From Prochloron sp. SulCav_FS08_3_32_3330 (lineage in GTDB: Bacteria > Cyanobacteriota > Cyanobacteriia > Cyanobacteriales > DYNF01), in contig DYNF01000010.1 of the NCBI GenBank assembly GCA_020721205.1, forward strand, positions 1-54,865: DNA of 54,865 bases, written 5' to 3'. The first letter of the stretch is position 1; the number at the start of each line of letters is the position of its first letter. A model generated the notes under the pieces. It was given only the letters and a program-made list of their open reading frames with translations. It had not been told where the DNA came from and searched no databases. The translations under genes and the position numbers were made by a program. Of this stretch, positions 17,089 through 26,700 are shown piece after piece.

Positions 17089-19719
17089 ATGACTACCACC
17101 GAATATACAAGTTATACTTCAGCTTCCGCCGAAATTAATACAGGGGTAATACGTCTTAAACCTCAACAATTTATTCACATTTTAGATAATAATACCGGGG
17201 TGACACGCCTTGAAGTGGGACCTCAAACGATTACGTTAGGGGATGCGGAAAGGCTTGTTTTACAACCTACTCAGATGATTATTATACCCCCACGTCACTA
17301 CGGTATTATTGCTAATCCGGTTCTGCGATCTGAGGATAATCAGCCGATCGCTGATCAATATGGGCAAATTCGTTTAAGCTATGGAGATGAGGAAATTCGT
17401 TTTGCTCAAGAGCCTTTTCCTCTGTATCCGGGTGAAGAATTGAAAGGAAAAGTCACAAAACTTCAAGTAGTTGAAACGAATCAAGCGTTAAGATTAAAAG
17501 CAATTCGAGATTTTTCTGAGGCAATTAATATTAATAATGAAACAGAAATGATTAACCGCATCGCTGGAGATGAATGGTTATTTGAAGGTCCCGGTACTTA
17601 TAATCCGCGCATTGAAGTGGAAATAATGGAAAGTGTGAGTGCTTTGATTATTAAACCTAATCAGGCTTTGCGGTTGATGGCACGGCAAAATTGCGTAGAT
17701 CGTCAAGGTTATCGTCGTAAAGCGGGGGAAGAATGGCTGGTAAGGGAAGAAGGGGCTTATTTACCCGGTGTAGATGAAGAAGTGATAGATGTAATTAATG
17801 CTTATGTACTAACGGAACAAAAAGCTCTACATTTAAAAGCTAAACGCACTTTTACGGATCTTTTTAACCGTCAACGGAAAGCAGGGGATGAATGGTTAGT
17901 AACTTTTGAGGATACGGAGATTCATCTTCCTGACGTTTATGAGGATGTAGTGGGAGAAGTGAGGATTACGACTTTAACCGATCGCCAGTGGTGTGTGGTG
18001 TTAAACCCGATTGATAGTAATGGTAAACCCCAGTTAGGTTTTCGGGAAGTACGTCAAGGCTTAACTTCTTTCTTTTTACATCCGGGGGAATATTTGGAGA
18101 GTGGCATCCGTAATGTGTATGTATTAGGAGAGCAGGAAGCGTTATTATTAAAGGCAAGAGAGACTTTTGCTGAGGTGGTAGATCAGACCAATATCACTCA
18201 TCAACCCGGAGATTTATGGATGATTACAGGACCAAGAGATTATATTCCAAGAGTAGAAGTAGAAGTAATTGAAACGAGAAAAGCTATACCTTTAGATAAA
18301 AATGAAGGTATTTATGTGAGGGATATTCAGAATGGAGAATTAAAGTTAGTGAGTGGACCTCAAGCTTATATGTTAAGTCCTTATGAGGATTTATGGTCAA
18401 AAGAACTACCAAAAGTGGTAGAAGATTTAATTATTCAAAAAATTGATCCTTTTTCCGATCGAGGAGGACAACAATATCGGGATATGACCTATTTAAGAGA
18501 AGCGGAGGCAGTTTCTGCTCCTGAAATACCTACTAAAAGGGATAAAACCAGAGCAGTGGTTTTTCATGTGCCTCAGAATGCGGCGGTACAGATCCACGAT
18601 TATAAAGAGCGTACGGCAAGAACGGTTTTTGGACCTGATTTAGTGATGTTAGGACCTGATGAATCCTTTACGGTGCTAAGTTTATCAGGGGGTAAACCCA
18701 AACAGGCTAATTTAATTAAATCTTTAGCTTTATTATTAGGTCCTGATTTTATGACGGATATTTTCACCGTAGAAACTTCGGATCATGCGCGTTTACAGTT
18801 ACAATTATCTTATAATTGGTATTTTGATATAGATAAAAATGATGAAAAAACAGCATTAAAACTCTTTCAAGTACCGGATTTTGTGGGAGATGCCTGTAAA
18901 GCGATCGCATCGAGAGTAAGGGGGGCAGTAGCCTCACAAAAGTTTGATGAATTTCACCGTAATTCTGCCAAAATTATTCGTCATGCGGTTTTTGGTATAG
19001 ATGATGAGGGTAAAACTCGTAATGAATTTCGTTTTAATGCGAATAATTTAGTTATTACCAATATTGATATTCAATCCGTTGAACCAGTGGATGAAGAAAC
19101 TCTTAAAAGCCTTCAAAAATCCGTACAAATTGCCATTCAAATTACCACCGATGCTCAAGAAGCCGCCGCTCGTCATGATGCTGAACGCATTGAACAAGAA
19201 GCGAAAGCCCGTTTAGAGCGTCAAGTCATTGTGGATCAGGGAGCGGCAGAAGAACAGAAAAAACATCTTTTAGAATTACAAGCTCAGAATGCGGCGATTA
19301 AATCCTCCGGTCAGGCGATCGCTGAAGCAAAAGCTAAAGCAGAAGCCTCACAAATCGAAGGACAATTAGCCGTACAATTAGCTCAACAGGATGCTGAGGC
19401 TAAACAGATTCGTGCCGAGTCAGAATTGGCATTATTATGCGCTCGTCAAGAGGCAGAATTAGCTCATAAACAAGCTTTAGTTAACCTCGAAATTGAACAA
19501 GCTCAGAAAATGGCAGAAATTACGACGAAGGAATATGAGGCAAAAGTAGCCGCTTTAGGTAGTGAAACCATACAGGCGATCGCCCAAGCGGGACCGGAGT
19601 TACAGGCGCGTTTATTACAGGGATTAGGTATTCAAACCATGTTAATAACGGATGGTAACACTCCCATTAATTTATTTAGTACAGCACAGGGTTTAATTCA
19701 ATCTCAAATAAAAGATTAA
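17089..19719 (+). CDS. mvp: Major vault protein (MVP) homologue, full length and eukaryote-like
   Basis: 876 aa. Tandem MVP repeat domains of about 55 aa (QALRLKAIRDF..., AGDEWLFEGPGTYNPRIEVEI, QALRLMARQNC..., AGEEWLVREEGAYLPGVDEEV, KALHLKAKRTF..., AGDEWLVTFEDTEIHLPDVYEDV). Shoulder region has VPDFVGDACKAIASRVRGAVAS. C-terminal Ala/Glu/Gln-rich cap-helix coiled coil (AQEAAARHDAERIEQEAKARLERQ...). From memory these motifs are near-identical to metazoan MVP. Confidence 0.85.
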   Translation: MTTTEYTSYTSASAEINTGVIRLKPQQFIHILDNNTGVTRLEVGPQTITLGDAERLVLQPTQMIIIPPRHYGIIANPVLRSEDNQPIADQYGQIRLSYGDEEIRFAQEPFPLYPGEELKGKVTKLQVVETNQALRLKAIRDFSEAININNETEMINRIAGDEWLFEGPGTYNPRIEVEIMESVSALIIKPNQALRLMARQNCVDRQGYRRKAGEEWLVREEGAYLPGVDEEVIDVINAYVLTEQKALHLKAKRTFTDLFNRQRKAGDEWLVTFEDTEIHLPDVYEDVVGEVRITTLTDRQWCVVLNPIDSNGKPQLGFREVRQGLTSFFLHPGEYLESGIRNVYVLGEQEALLLKARETFAEVVDQTNITHQPGDLWMITGPRDYIPRVEVEVIETRKAIPLDKNEGIYVRDIQNGELKLVSGPQAYMLSPYEDLWSKELPKVVEDLIIQKIDPFSDRGGQQYRDMTYLREAEAVSAPEIPTKRDKTRAVVFHVPQNAAVQIHDYKERTARTVFGPDLVMLGPDESFTVLSLSGGKPKQANLIKSLALLLGPDFMTDIFTVETSDHARLQLQLSYNWYFDIDKNDEKTALKLFQVPDFVGDACKAIASRVRGAVASQKFDEFHRNSAKIIRHAVFGIDDEGKTRNEFRFNANNLVITNIDIQSVEPVDEETLKSLQKSVQIAIQITTDAQEAAARHDAERIEQEAKARLERQVIVDQGAAEEQKKHLLELQAQNAAIKSSGQAIAEAKAKAEASQIEGQLAVQLAQQDAEAKQIRAESELALLCARQEAELAHKQALVNLEIEQAQKMAEITTKEYEAKVAALGSETIQAIAQAGPELQARLLQGLGIQTMLITDGNTPINLFSTAQGLIQSQIKD

Positions 19720-19748
19720 TTCCTCAGAAGATAGTTTGAAAAAAAATA

Positions 19749-19806
19749 GGTTCGTTGTTGCGCTTTAGCGCCACAATTCTATAGTGCTAAAGCACAACAA
19801 CGAACA
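19749..19806. repeat. Palindromic repeat unit (GCTTTAGCGC variant) between convergent mvp and the NB-ARC gene
   Basis: aggttcgttgttgcgctttagcgcc-acaattctata-gtgctaaagcacaacaacgaac. It probably also acts as a bidirectional terminator. Confidence 0.7.
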
Positions 19807-19828
19807 TTTTGCTAACAGGATCATTCGA

Positions 19829-21235
19829 TTAAACCTGATTTTTTCTTAATTGTTTAAAATATTCTTTTGCAATGCGAATTAATTGAAAACTATGCTGATT
19901 ATTATTTTCTTGCTTTAAAAAAGCTTGTTCTTTTAAACTTTGTAAAGCAATTAAAATCTCAGAAATAGAATAACTTGATCCTAGATAATCAATAATTTCT
20001 TTAGTAGACATTTTTTGACCATTTTGACTATTAACAAAAAAACTAATAATTTCATTTTCTAACTTTGACCATCTTTGAGATTGTTTTAACAAAGTTTCGG
20101 AAAAATTACCAATTAAAATTGTCCCCAAATTAACAAATTCAGAAATATTCCCATCAAACAATTCCTGAATATAATCACTAACTTCATTCAAAAGAAAAGG
20201 ATTACCACAATAATCATTAATTAAAACATCAAAATCTTTTTCTCGATCAGCCATTAAACCTTTTTGTTTCAATAATTCTTTCCCATCATGTTTAGATAAA
20301 CCTGTCACAGTTTTTATTTTGACTGCATCGAGATTTTTTGCCAGTAAATTAACCTCAAATAAAGACTCTTGAGAAGTAATTAATAAACAACTTTGATGAG
20401 AAGATTCCCCAATTCTTTTCAGAAAAGTACCATAATTTTCAAAACCTTCTTTATATTTTTTAAAAGGATCTTTTTCCTTAATTAATAATTCTCCCCGATC
20501 TAAAATTAAGAGACATCGGTATTTATGTAAATAATAAATTAAAGTTTCTATTTGTTGATTAATATTATTAGTTTGGGGATAATCAGGAGCAATTTGTTTG
20601 AGAAAATCAGCTAAAATTTTATCAAGAACCGGATTATAAGCTAAAGATTTCCAATTAATAAATTGAAATTGATTTTGATTTTCCTCAATCAATTTTTTCG
20701 CCAAAAAAGTTTTACCCGATCCCCCTATTCCTACTAAATTAACAAGATGACAATTCTCCTCAATAATCCATTTTTTTAGATGATTTAATTCAGTTTTTCT
20801 GCCATAAAAATTAGCAATTTTCGGGGATTGTACCAAATCATAATAAGGAGAAGATTCTGAATCAATAATAGGCACAAAAGTTTCTGAAATTTCACACAAA
20901 CCTCTGATCGCAGAAGCAATATTTTCCTTATTCAGATGACACTCAAAAATACCAGAAAGTATTTTCAATAAACGAGGACCTACCACTTTTTGTAAATAGG
21001 TTTCTTGATATCCTGTTAAATCCGCTATTTCCCGATAAGTTTTTCTTTGTAATGCCCCCTCTAAAAACTTAGTTTGTACATCATTCAAATGTTTTTTTGT
21101 CTCCCGAAAAACCTTTTTATCTAAATAAGCAATTATACTTTCTATTTCCTGTAATTTTTCATTACTATTTTTATTTAAAGAGATATCATCAAAAGTTGTT
21201 TGTTGATCTTGATTCATTTCCATTAGGCATACCAT
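19829..21235 (-). CDS. STAND NTPase: N-terminal sigma70-r4/LuxR-like HTH domain + NB-ARC (AP-ATPase) domain + winged helix; no repeat sensor domain
   Basis: 468 aa. Walker A is VGIGGSGKTFLAKKL, Walker B is CLLILDRGE and the GxP-like motif is YCGNPFLLNEV. N-terminal about 130 aa (KHLNDVQTKFLEGALQRKTYREIADLTGYQETYLQKVVGPRLLKILSGIF) is paralogous to the N-terminus of the 172-aa protein at 52896-53414. Confidence 0.75.
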   Translation of the reverse strand: MVCLMEMNQDQQTTFDDISLNKNSNEKLQEIESIIAYLDKKVFRETKKHLNDVQTKFLEGALQRKTYREIADLTGYQETYLQKVVGPRLLKILSGIFECHLNKENIASAIRGLCEISETFVPIIDSESSPYYDLVQSPKIANFYGRKTELNHLKKWIIEENCHLVNLVGIGGSGKTFLAKKLIEENQNQFQFINWKSLAYNPVLDKILADFLKQIAPDYPQTNNINQQIETLIYYLHKYRCLLILDRGELLIKEKDPFKKYKEGFENYGTFLKRIGESSHQSCLLITSQESLFEVNLLAKNLDAVKIKTVTGLSKHDGKELLKQKGLMADREKDFDVLINDYCGNPFLLNEVSDYIQELFDGNISEFVNLGTILIGNFSETLLKQSQRWSKLENEIISFFVNSQNGQKMSTKEIIDYLGSSYSISEILIALQSLKEQAFLKQENNNQHSFQLIRIAKEYFKQLRKNQV

Positions 21236-21970
21236 TTTAGTCTTTATGTTTTTATTATAGTTATATATTTGTTACATTGTTAACAAATATTTCTTTCTCA
21301 AGATTAACTATGTTTTCAGGAAAATATAGTTAAATTATAAAGAAAGATAATCTAGCTTTTCTTAGCTTTATGAAGTAGATTCAACCCTGACAAATAGTCT
21401 TAAAAATCCGAACTTTTAAAACTATTTTATCTAATTAATCCCAACCTTTTATAAGAGGAATAAACGTAATTGATTAAACTTTTATTTGACCGATGAAGAT
21501 TTAATTTCTACTATTAAATAAGCCTGAATTAAAGTAACTTAAATTAAGAATATTTTTCCTTAAACTTGTTACTTTTCAGAGATATTGACATTCTTTTTAT
21601 TATTACTGTAATATAAAAAAGGGTAATATCAATTAATTGCCGCTAGGATCAACACTGGCGGTTTTCTTTGACCAGAAAACACAAAAACCTTATTTTAAAA
21701 GACTTCTACAGATTATAAGGGTATTTTGTAAAGAAATATTAAAAATACTTGACACTTAAGTACCCTCTTACGGTATAACATATATATTACCGTAAATTTA
21801 CTGAGGTAAGCAGACATTAGGGAATTGAGGTAAGTAGGGGAATTGAGTTTTAATCCTTTCAGTGTATAGCTTTTAAGCTTCCCTGAAAAGAATTACAGCA
21901 AAAACTGCATAAGTTAATTCAGATTTTCCGAATAACTAATTAAGTAAGTAAATTTACGCAAACTCGATCA

Positions 21971-23209
21971 ATGAAAATTCTCTTTCTCCACTCTAATTTT
22001 CCTGCTCAATTTCGTCATCTAGGAACAGTTTTGGCGAAAAATCCCGATCATGAGGTGGTTTTTATCACCAAACGTCGTGAGGGGGAAATTACTGGAGTTA
22101 AGAAGGTGATTTATGAGGTATCCCGTCAACCTTACGAGCAAACTCATCATTATGTGCGCTCCTTAGAAAGTGCAGTTTTAGAGGGGCAAGGGGTGTATAG
22201 GGTCGCTCTGGAGTTGAAAAAGTCTGGCTTTTATCCTGATCTAATTTATGCTCATTCTGGTTGGGGTGTGGGTTTATTTATGAAGGATTTATTCCCGAAA
22301 GCTAAATATTTGTGTTATTTCGAGTGGTTTTATCATGCTCATGGCACAGATGCGGATTTTGATCCCAGTGATCCCCTTTCTGCTAATGATGAGACACGGA
22401 TCAGGGTGAAAAATGCTCCCATTTTGCTAGATTTAGCTAGTTGTGATGGTGGTTTATGTCCTACCTTTTGGCAACGTCAGCAGTTTCCCCCTGAGTTTCA
22501 CAGCAAACTTAAGGTTTTACACGATGGGATTGATACTAGCTTTTTTAAACCTCATCAAACTCTCCCCTTAGAAAGGGGGGCTGGGGGGGATCAAACCTTA
22601 ATTAATATGCCTGGGGGGGATCAACTAGACCTACCGAAAAATGCCGAAATTGTCACCTACGTTTCACGAGGATTTGAGCCATATCGAGGTTTTCCTCAAT
22701 TTATGGAAGCGATCGCAATTCTCCAAAAACAACGCCCTCATACTCATGTGGTGGTAGTTGGGGATGATCGGGTTGCCTACGGGAAAAAGCTACCGGACGG
22801 AAAGACTTACAAGGAGGCAATGTTAGCAAAATTAGATTTAGATCTATCTCGCTTACATTTCACAGGTAGTCTACCCTATACGGAATATTTGAAGGTTTTA
22901 CAGGCTTCTAATGTTCATATCTATCTTACTCGACCCTTTGTCCTTTCATGGTCAATGTTAGAGGCAATGTCAGTAGGTTGTGTGGTAGTAGGCTCAAAAA
23001 CTTCACCTGTAGAGGAGCTAATAACCGATGGAGTCAATGGCTTTTTAGTGGACTTCTTTCAACCCCAAGCGATCGCCGCTAAAGTAAGTGAGATTTTAGA
23101 CAACTTACCATCAATGAGGTCAATAGGACAGAAAGCCAGAAAAACCATTTTAGATCATTACGATCTAGCCAGTTTATTACCAGTTCATTTGCATTGGTTG
23201 AGGTCTTAA
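21971..23209 (+). CDS. Glycosyltransferase family 4 (GT-B, glycos_transf_1 C-terminal domain)
   Basis: 412 aa. N-terminal MKILFLHSNFPAQFRHL is GT4 N-domain-like. C-terminal region with E...E around VGCVVVGSKTSPVEELITDGVNGFLVD is typical of GT4 donor-binding. It is preceded by a 735-bp ORF-free AT-rich region. Confidence 0.7.
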   Translation: MKILFLHSNFPAQFRHLGTVLAKNPDHEVVFITKRREGEITGVKKVIYEVSRQPYEQTHHYVRSLESAVLEGQGVYRVALELKKSGFYPDLIYAHSGWGVGLFMKDLFPKAKYLCYFEWFYHAHGTDADFDPSDPLSANDETRIRVKNAPILLDLASCDGGLCPTFWQRQQFPPEFHSKLKVLHDGIDTSFFKPHQTLPLERGAGGDQTLINMPGGDQLDLPKNAEIVTYVSRGFEPYRGFPQFMEAIAILQKQRPHTHVVVVGDDRVAYGKKLPDGKTYKEAMLAKLDLDLSRLHFTGSLPYTEYLKVLQASNVHIYLTRPFVLSWSMLEAMSVGCVVVGSKTSPVEELITDGVNGFLVDFFQPQAIAAKVSEILDNLPSMRSIGQKARKTILDHYDLASLLPVHLHWLRS

Positions 23210-23243
23210 TGATGATTATTTTGGGTTTAAAATTCCATTCTCT

Positions 23244-23376
23244 TAGTCGCTTTAGCCGACTTCTGCTATTAGCCTTGTCAATTTATTGCAAGGCGATATG
23301 GAGCCTCAAACCCTTAACTCGCCTTGAATTAAAATTCAAGGCTAATAGCTAAAGTCTGCTAAAGCGACTGAAGCAT
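23244..23376. other. Long imperfect palindrome (nested inverted repeats of about 130 bp) between GT4 and the RTX gene
   Basis: cttagtcgctttagc pairs with gctaaagcgactgaag. gctattagccttg pairs with caaggctaatagc. caaggcga pairs with tcgccttg. Central ttgaattaaaattcaa is self-complementary. It shares the GCTTTAGC core with the palindromic repeat family. Confidence 0.5.
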
Positions 23377-23439
23377 AGCTTAAAACCAACAAACAATTTT
23401 CGATCAACAAACATTTTATTTTTTTGGAGCATAAAACCA

Positions 23440-23756
23440 TGAGTACATCTACCATTCTCGCTCCGATTCTTGAAAATTATCTTCAAGAAATTTACACAAC
23501 TTTAACTGAACTTAATCCCTAAACAAAAAGATAAATCATCTATAATAATGAGATTATTTATCAATAACAAATCCACTATTATCTTTAATGTATGGAGTAA
23601 AAATCCACAATTTTTGCACAATTTAAAGATAAACTCTAAAAAACTCCACTATTATCTTTACCATTTGTAGTTAATATCCACAACAAATGCACAATTTAAA
23701 GATAAACTCTAACCAAATCTCAAAAAAATTATTGAATATTTAAGGAGACTTAAATC
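23440..23756 (+). promoter_or_regulatory. Duplicated leader of the RTX gene: a 27-codon decoy copy of the gene start followed by two ~60-bp direct repeats
   Basis: 23449-23523 atgagtacatctaccattctcgctccgattcttgaaaat... encodes MSTSTILAPILENYLQEIYTTLTELNP stop and mirrors the true start at 23757 (MSTSTILDPILEN). Direct repeats tccactattatcttta...tccacaa...tgcacaatttaaagataaactctaa lie at about 23571-23640 and 23641-23712. Confidence 0.4.
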
Positions 23757-26700
23757 ATGAGTACATCTACCATTCTCGATCCAATTCTTGAAAATCCGAT
23801 TGAAGATTTATCTGATCCCATTCTCGAAAATGTGATCTCATATACATCTGATCCCATTCTCGAAGAAGCTTTACAAGACGTATCAGCAACATTAGCAGAA
23901 TTTGTCTATAGTGAGGATTTTCTCCCAACGATTGAAACTGTTTTCGGTAATAATTACGATACTGCTACCTTAGAAAACATCCGTCAACAGTGGGCAAACG
24001 GTGATTTTTCTAACCTACCTCAGATTGAGATTCTTTCAGGTAGCCAGTTACAGGGTGCGAATGCGGCTTATGCTGGTAAGACGAATACTATTTATTTTTC
24101 TTCTGATTTCTTAAGTCAATATGGTGATAATTCCCAAGCGTTAAAGAGTGTTTTAATTGAGGAAATTGGGCATTATGTGGATTATCAAATTAATACAGTT
24201 GATACCGTTGGCGATGAAGGGGAATATTTCTCTAATTTAGTGCGAGGGATTAAGTTGAGTGAGAGTCAAGTTCAGAGTTTAAAACAAGAAGATGACTCCA
24301 ATGTTATCAGTGTAAATAATCAGGATATCATGGTTGAACAATTTCTTCCTACAGGAACTTATACAGATGGACTTGATGGAGGGCGTTATGTTTTTCAAGC
24401 TGAAACAGCAGACTATATAGAAAAGTTTTTTGGAATACAGATCAATAACTCTTATCAGTACGATTCTGGAGACTCTTTAATTCTAAGAACACAATATTCT
24501 GGCGATGAGAAAACTTTTTTTGAAGGTGGTGGATTAACCGCAGGAATTAGTTACAATGGAGGCTCTTTTGGTGCAGGGTTTAAAGCCTATGCAGGTATAA
24601 ATTTAGGTGAAATAGATTTTGATCTGCCTTTACAAGCTCTTTTAACTGCAAGTAATTCAGGTAAAACACTTAACTTTGATTTTACAACTATTTTTGATGC
24701 CAAACTGGACTATACAATTCCTTCTGCCTATGCAGTTTTAGATTCAATTTTTGAGTATAATATTGGCTCACTGGATATATTTGCCAGTGCTGCAGGTGAA
24801 TCTATAGAAAGGACTATTTTTAATGGTGTGTCTGATACTTGGACACACAGAATGGTTAATATCAATACCTTAAATGATCCGATCGTACAAATAAATTTAT
24901 TACCCGGTCAAGTTAATTTTTTATCTTCTTCATTGAGTATTAATTCAGTCTCTTTATTAGGAGGTTTAGCAACTTTTAAAGCAAGTATTCTTCCCAATTT
25001 TAATTTTAGTATGGAAAACTCATCTACAGAGGATCAGTTTTCTATCAAGATTAGTAATCAAAGACCTCCTGATCCTGAAGATATTACTCCGGGTGATCCT
25101 AATCCTGATCCGGCTCTTCCAGATGAGTTAGCTCGTATAACCTTAAATTTTGATAAACTTCTTGATCTAGGTTTAACTGCTTTTGCAGGATTTCCATATC
25201 TTTCTGAAGATGTAACTGTTGGACCTTTCAGTGCAGGATATCGGTTACTACCAATAGAATTAACTGGTATAGCAAGTGCAATTTATGAACTTGAAGTTGG
25301 TATCAGAAATACTGAACCCAAAATAATTGAAGGTGAATTTTTAGATATTGCTACCTCATACACTGAGCTTGATGAATTACTTGCCAAAGATACAGATAAT
25401 GATTCAAAAATAGATGTCACATTTGAACTAAATCCAGATATTTTCTTGAAACCAAACTTGGCATTAGACTGGCAAACAGAGTTTAATGTAGATATCGGAA
25501 GACTTACTGCAAAAGTAGATTTTAACAAACTTCCATTTCCGTTAAATTCTATTCCATTTCTAAACAATATTAGTGGAAGTGTTAATCTTATTGATTTACC
25601 TGAAATTGTTATTGATGGATTAAGTTTTCGCATTGATATTCTTGATAAGCTAGGTATTCCTAAATCTGATTTAAGTATCTCTTTTAACGATCTATATGCA
25701 ATGTTTAATAATGGTCAAAAACCTGACTTTAACAAAGTTTCTGTTGAGATACCTTTTAATGCAATTTATCCAAATATAGGAACAGCCCAAGATGATGTGA
25801 TGAGCTTACCTGAATATTTTGGAGCAGAAAACCTTTATGGTGAAGCTGGTAATGACATTCTTTACGGTAATTCTTCTGCTAATCGAATTATGGGAGCAGA
25901 AGATAATGATACTATCTATGGTCGAGCAGGGAATGATCAACTTTACGGAGAATGGGGGAATGATCTTCTTTTAGGTGAACAAGGTAGTGACTATATTAAT
26001 GGTGGTACTGGTATAGACACCGTAAGCTATAGTAATTCAGCAAATGGTGTTATTGTCAATATTAATCAATCTCTTAATTATGGCAATCAAAAACTAACTA
26101 CATTTGATCTTGAACCAAATTTCTTTATTGGTGCTGGTCAAGCTTTAGACGGTTTTGGCAATGTTGATAGTTTGGCTAACCTTGAAAATATCATTGGTTC
26201 TGCTTATAACGATATTTTAATCGGCAATGCCTTAAATAATATTATTGAAGCCGGATCTGGAAATGATATTTTAATCAGTAGTGCTGGTAGTGATCAATTA
26301 TTGGGAAATAGCGGTATTGATACAGCAAGTTTCCGCCGTGATCCTAATGGTGTTTATGTCAGTCTTCAAGATAACATTGCAATAGATGGTTTTGGTTATA
26401 TTGATAATCTTTCCAGTATCGAAAATGTTGTTGGTTCTAATTTTGATGATGAAATATGGGGTAATAATGGGATCAACGTCATTCTCGGTGGTGCTGGAAG
26501 TGATCTTGTTTATGCTTTAGATGGAGATGATCTAGTTTATGGAGAAAGTGAAAACGATACCATCTTAGGTGGTTCTGGGAATGACTACATTGAAGGTAAT
26601 GATCAAGATGATCGCCTGTTTGGTAATACCGGAAATGATGTCATCTCAGGAGGTAATGATCAAGATTATATCGAAGGTAACGAAGGTGATGATCGCCTCT

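Noticed and set aside
17966-18157. 63-aa antisense ORF
   Set aside because: It lies inside the mvp coding sequence on the opposite strand and has no RBS.
21749-21780. TTGACA ... TATAAC promoter-like pair upstream of the GT4 gene
   Set aside because: The spacer between the putative -35 and -10 elements is about 20 bp, which is too long for a canonical sigma70 promoter, so it was not annotated.
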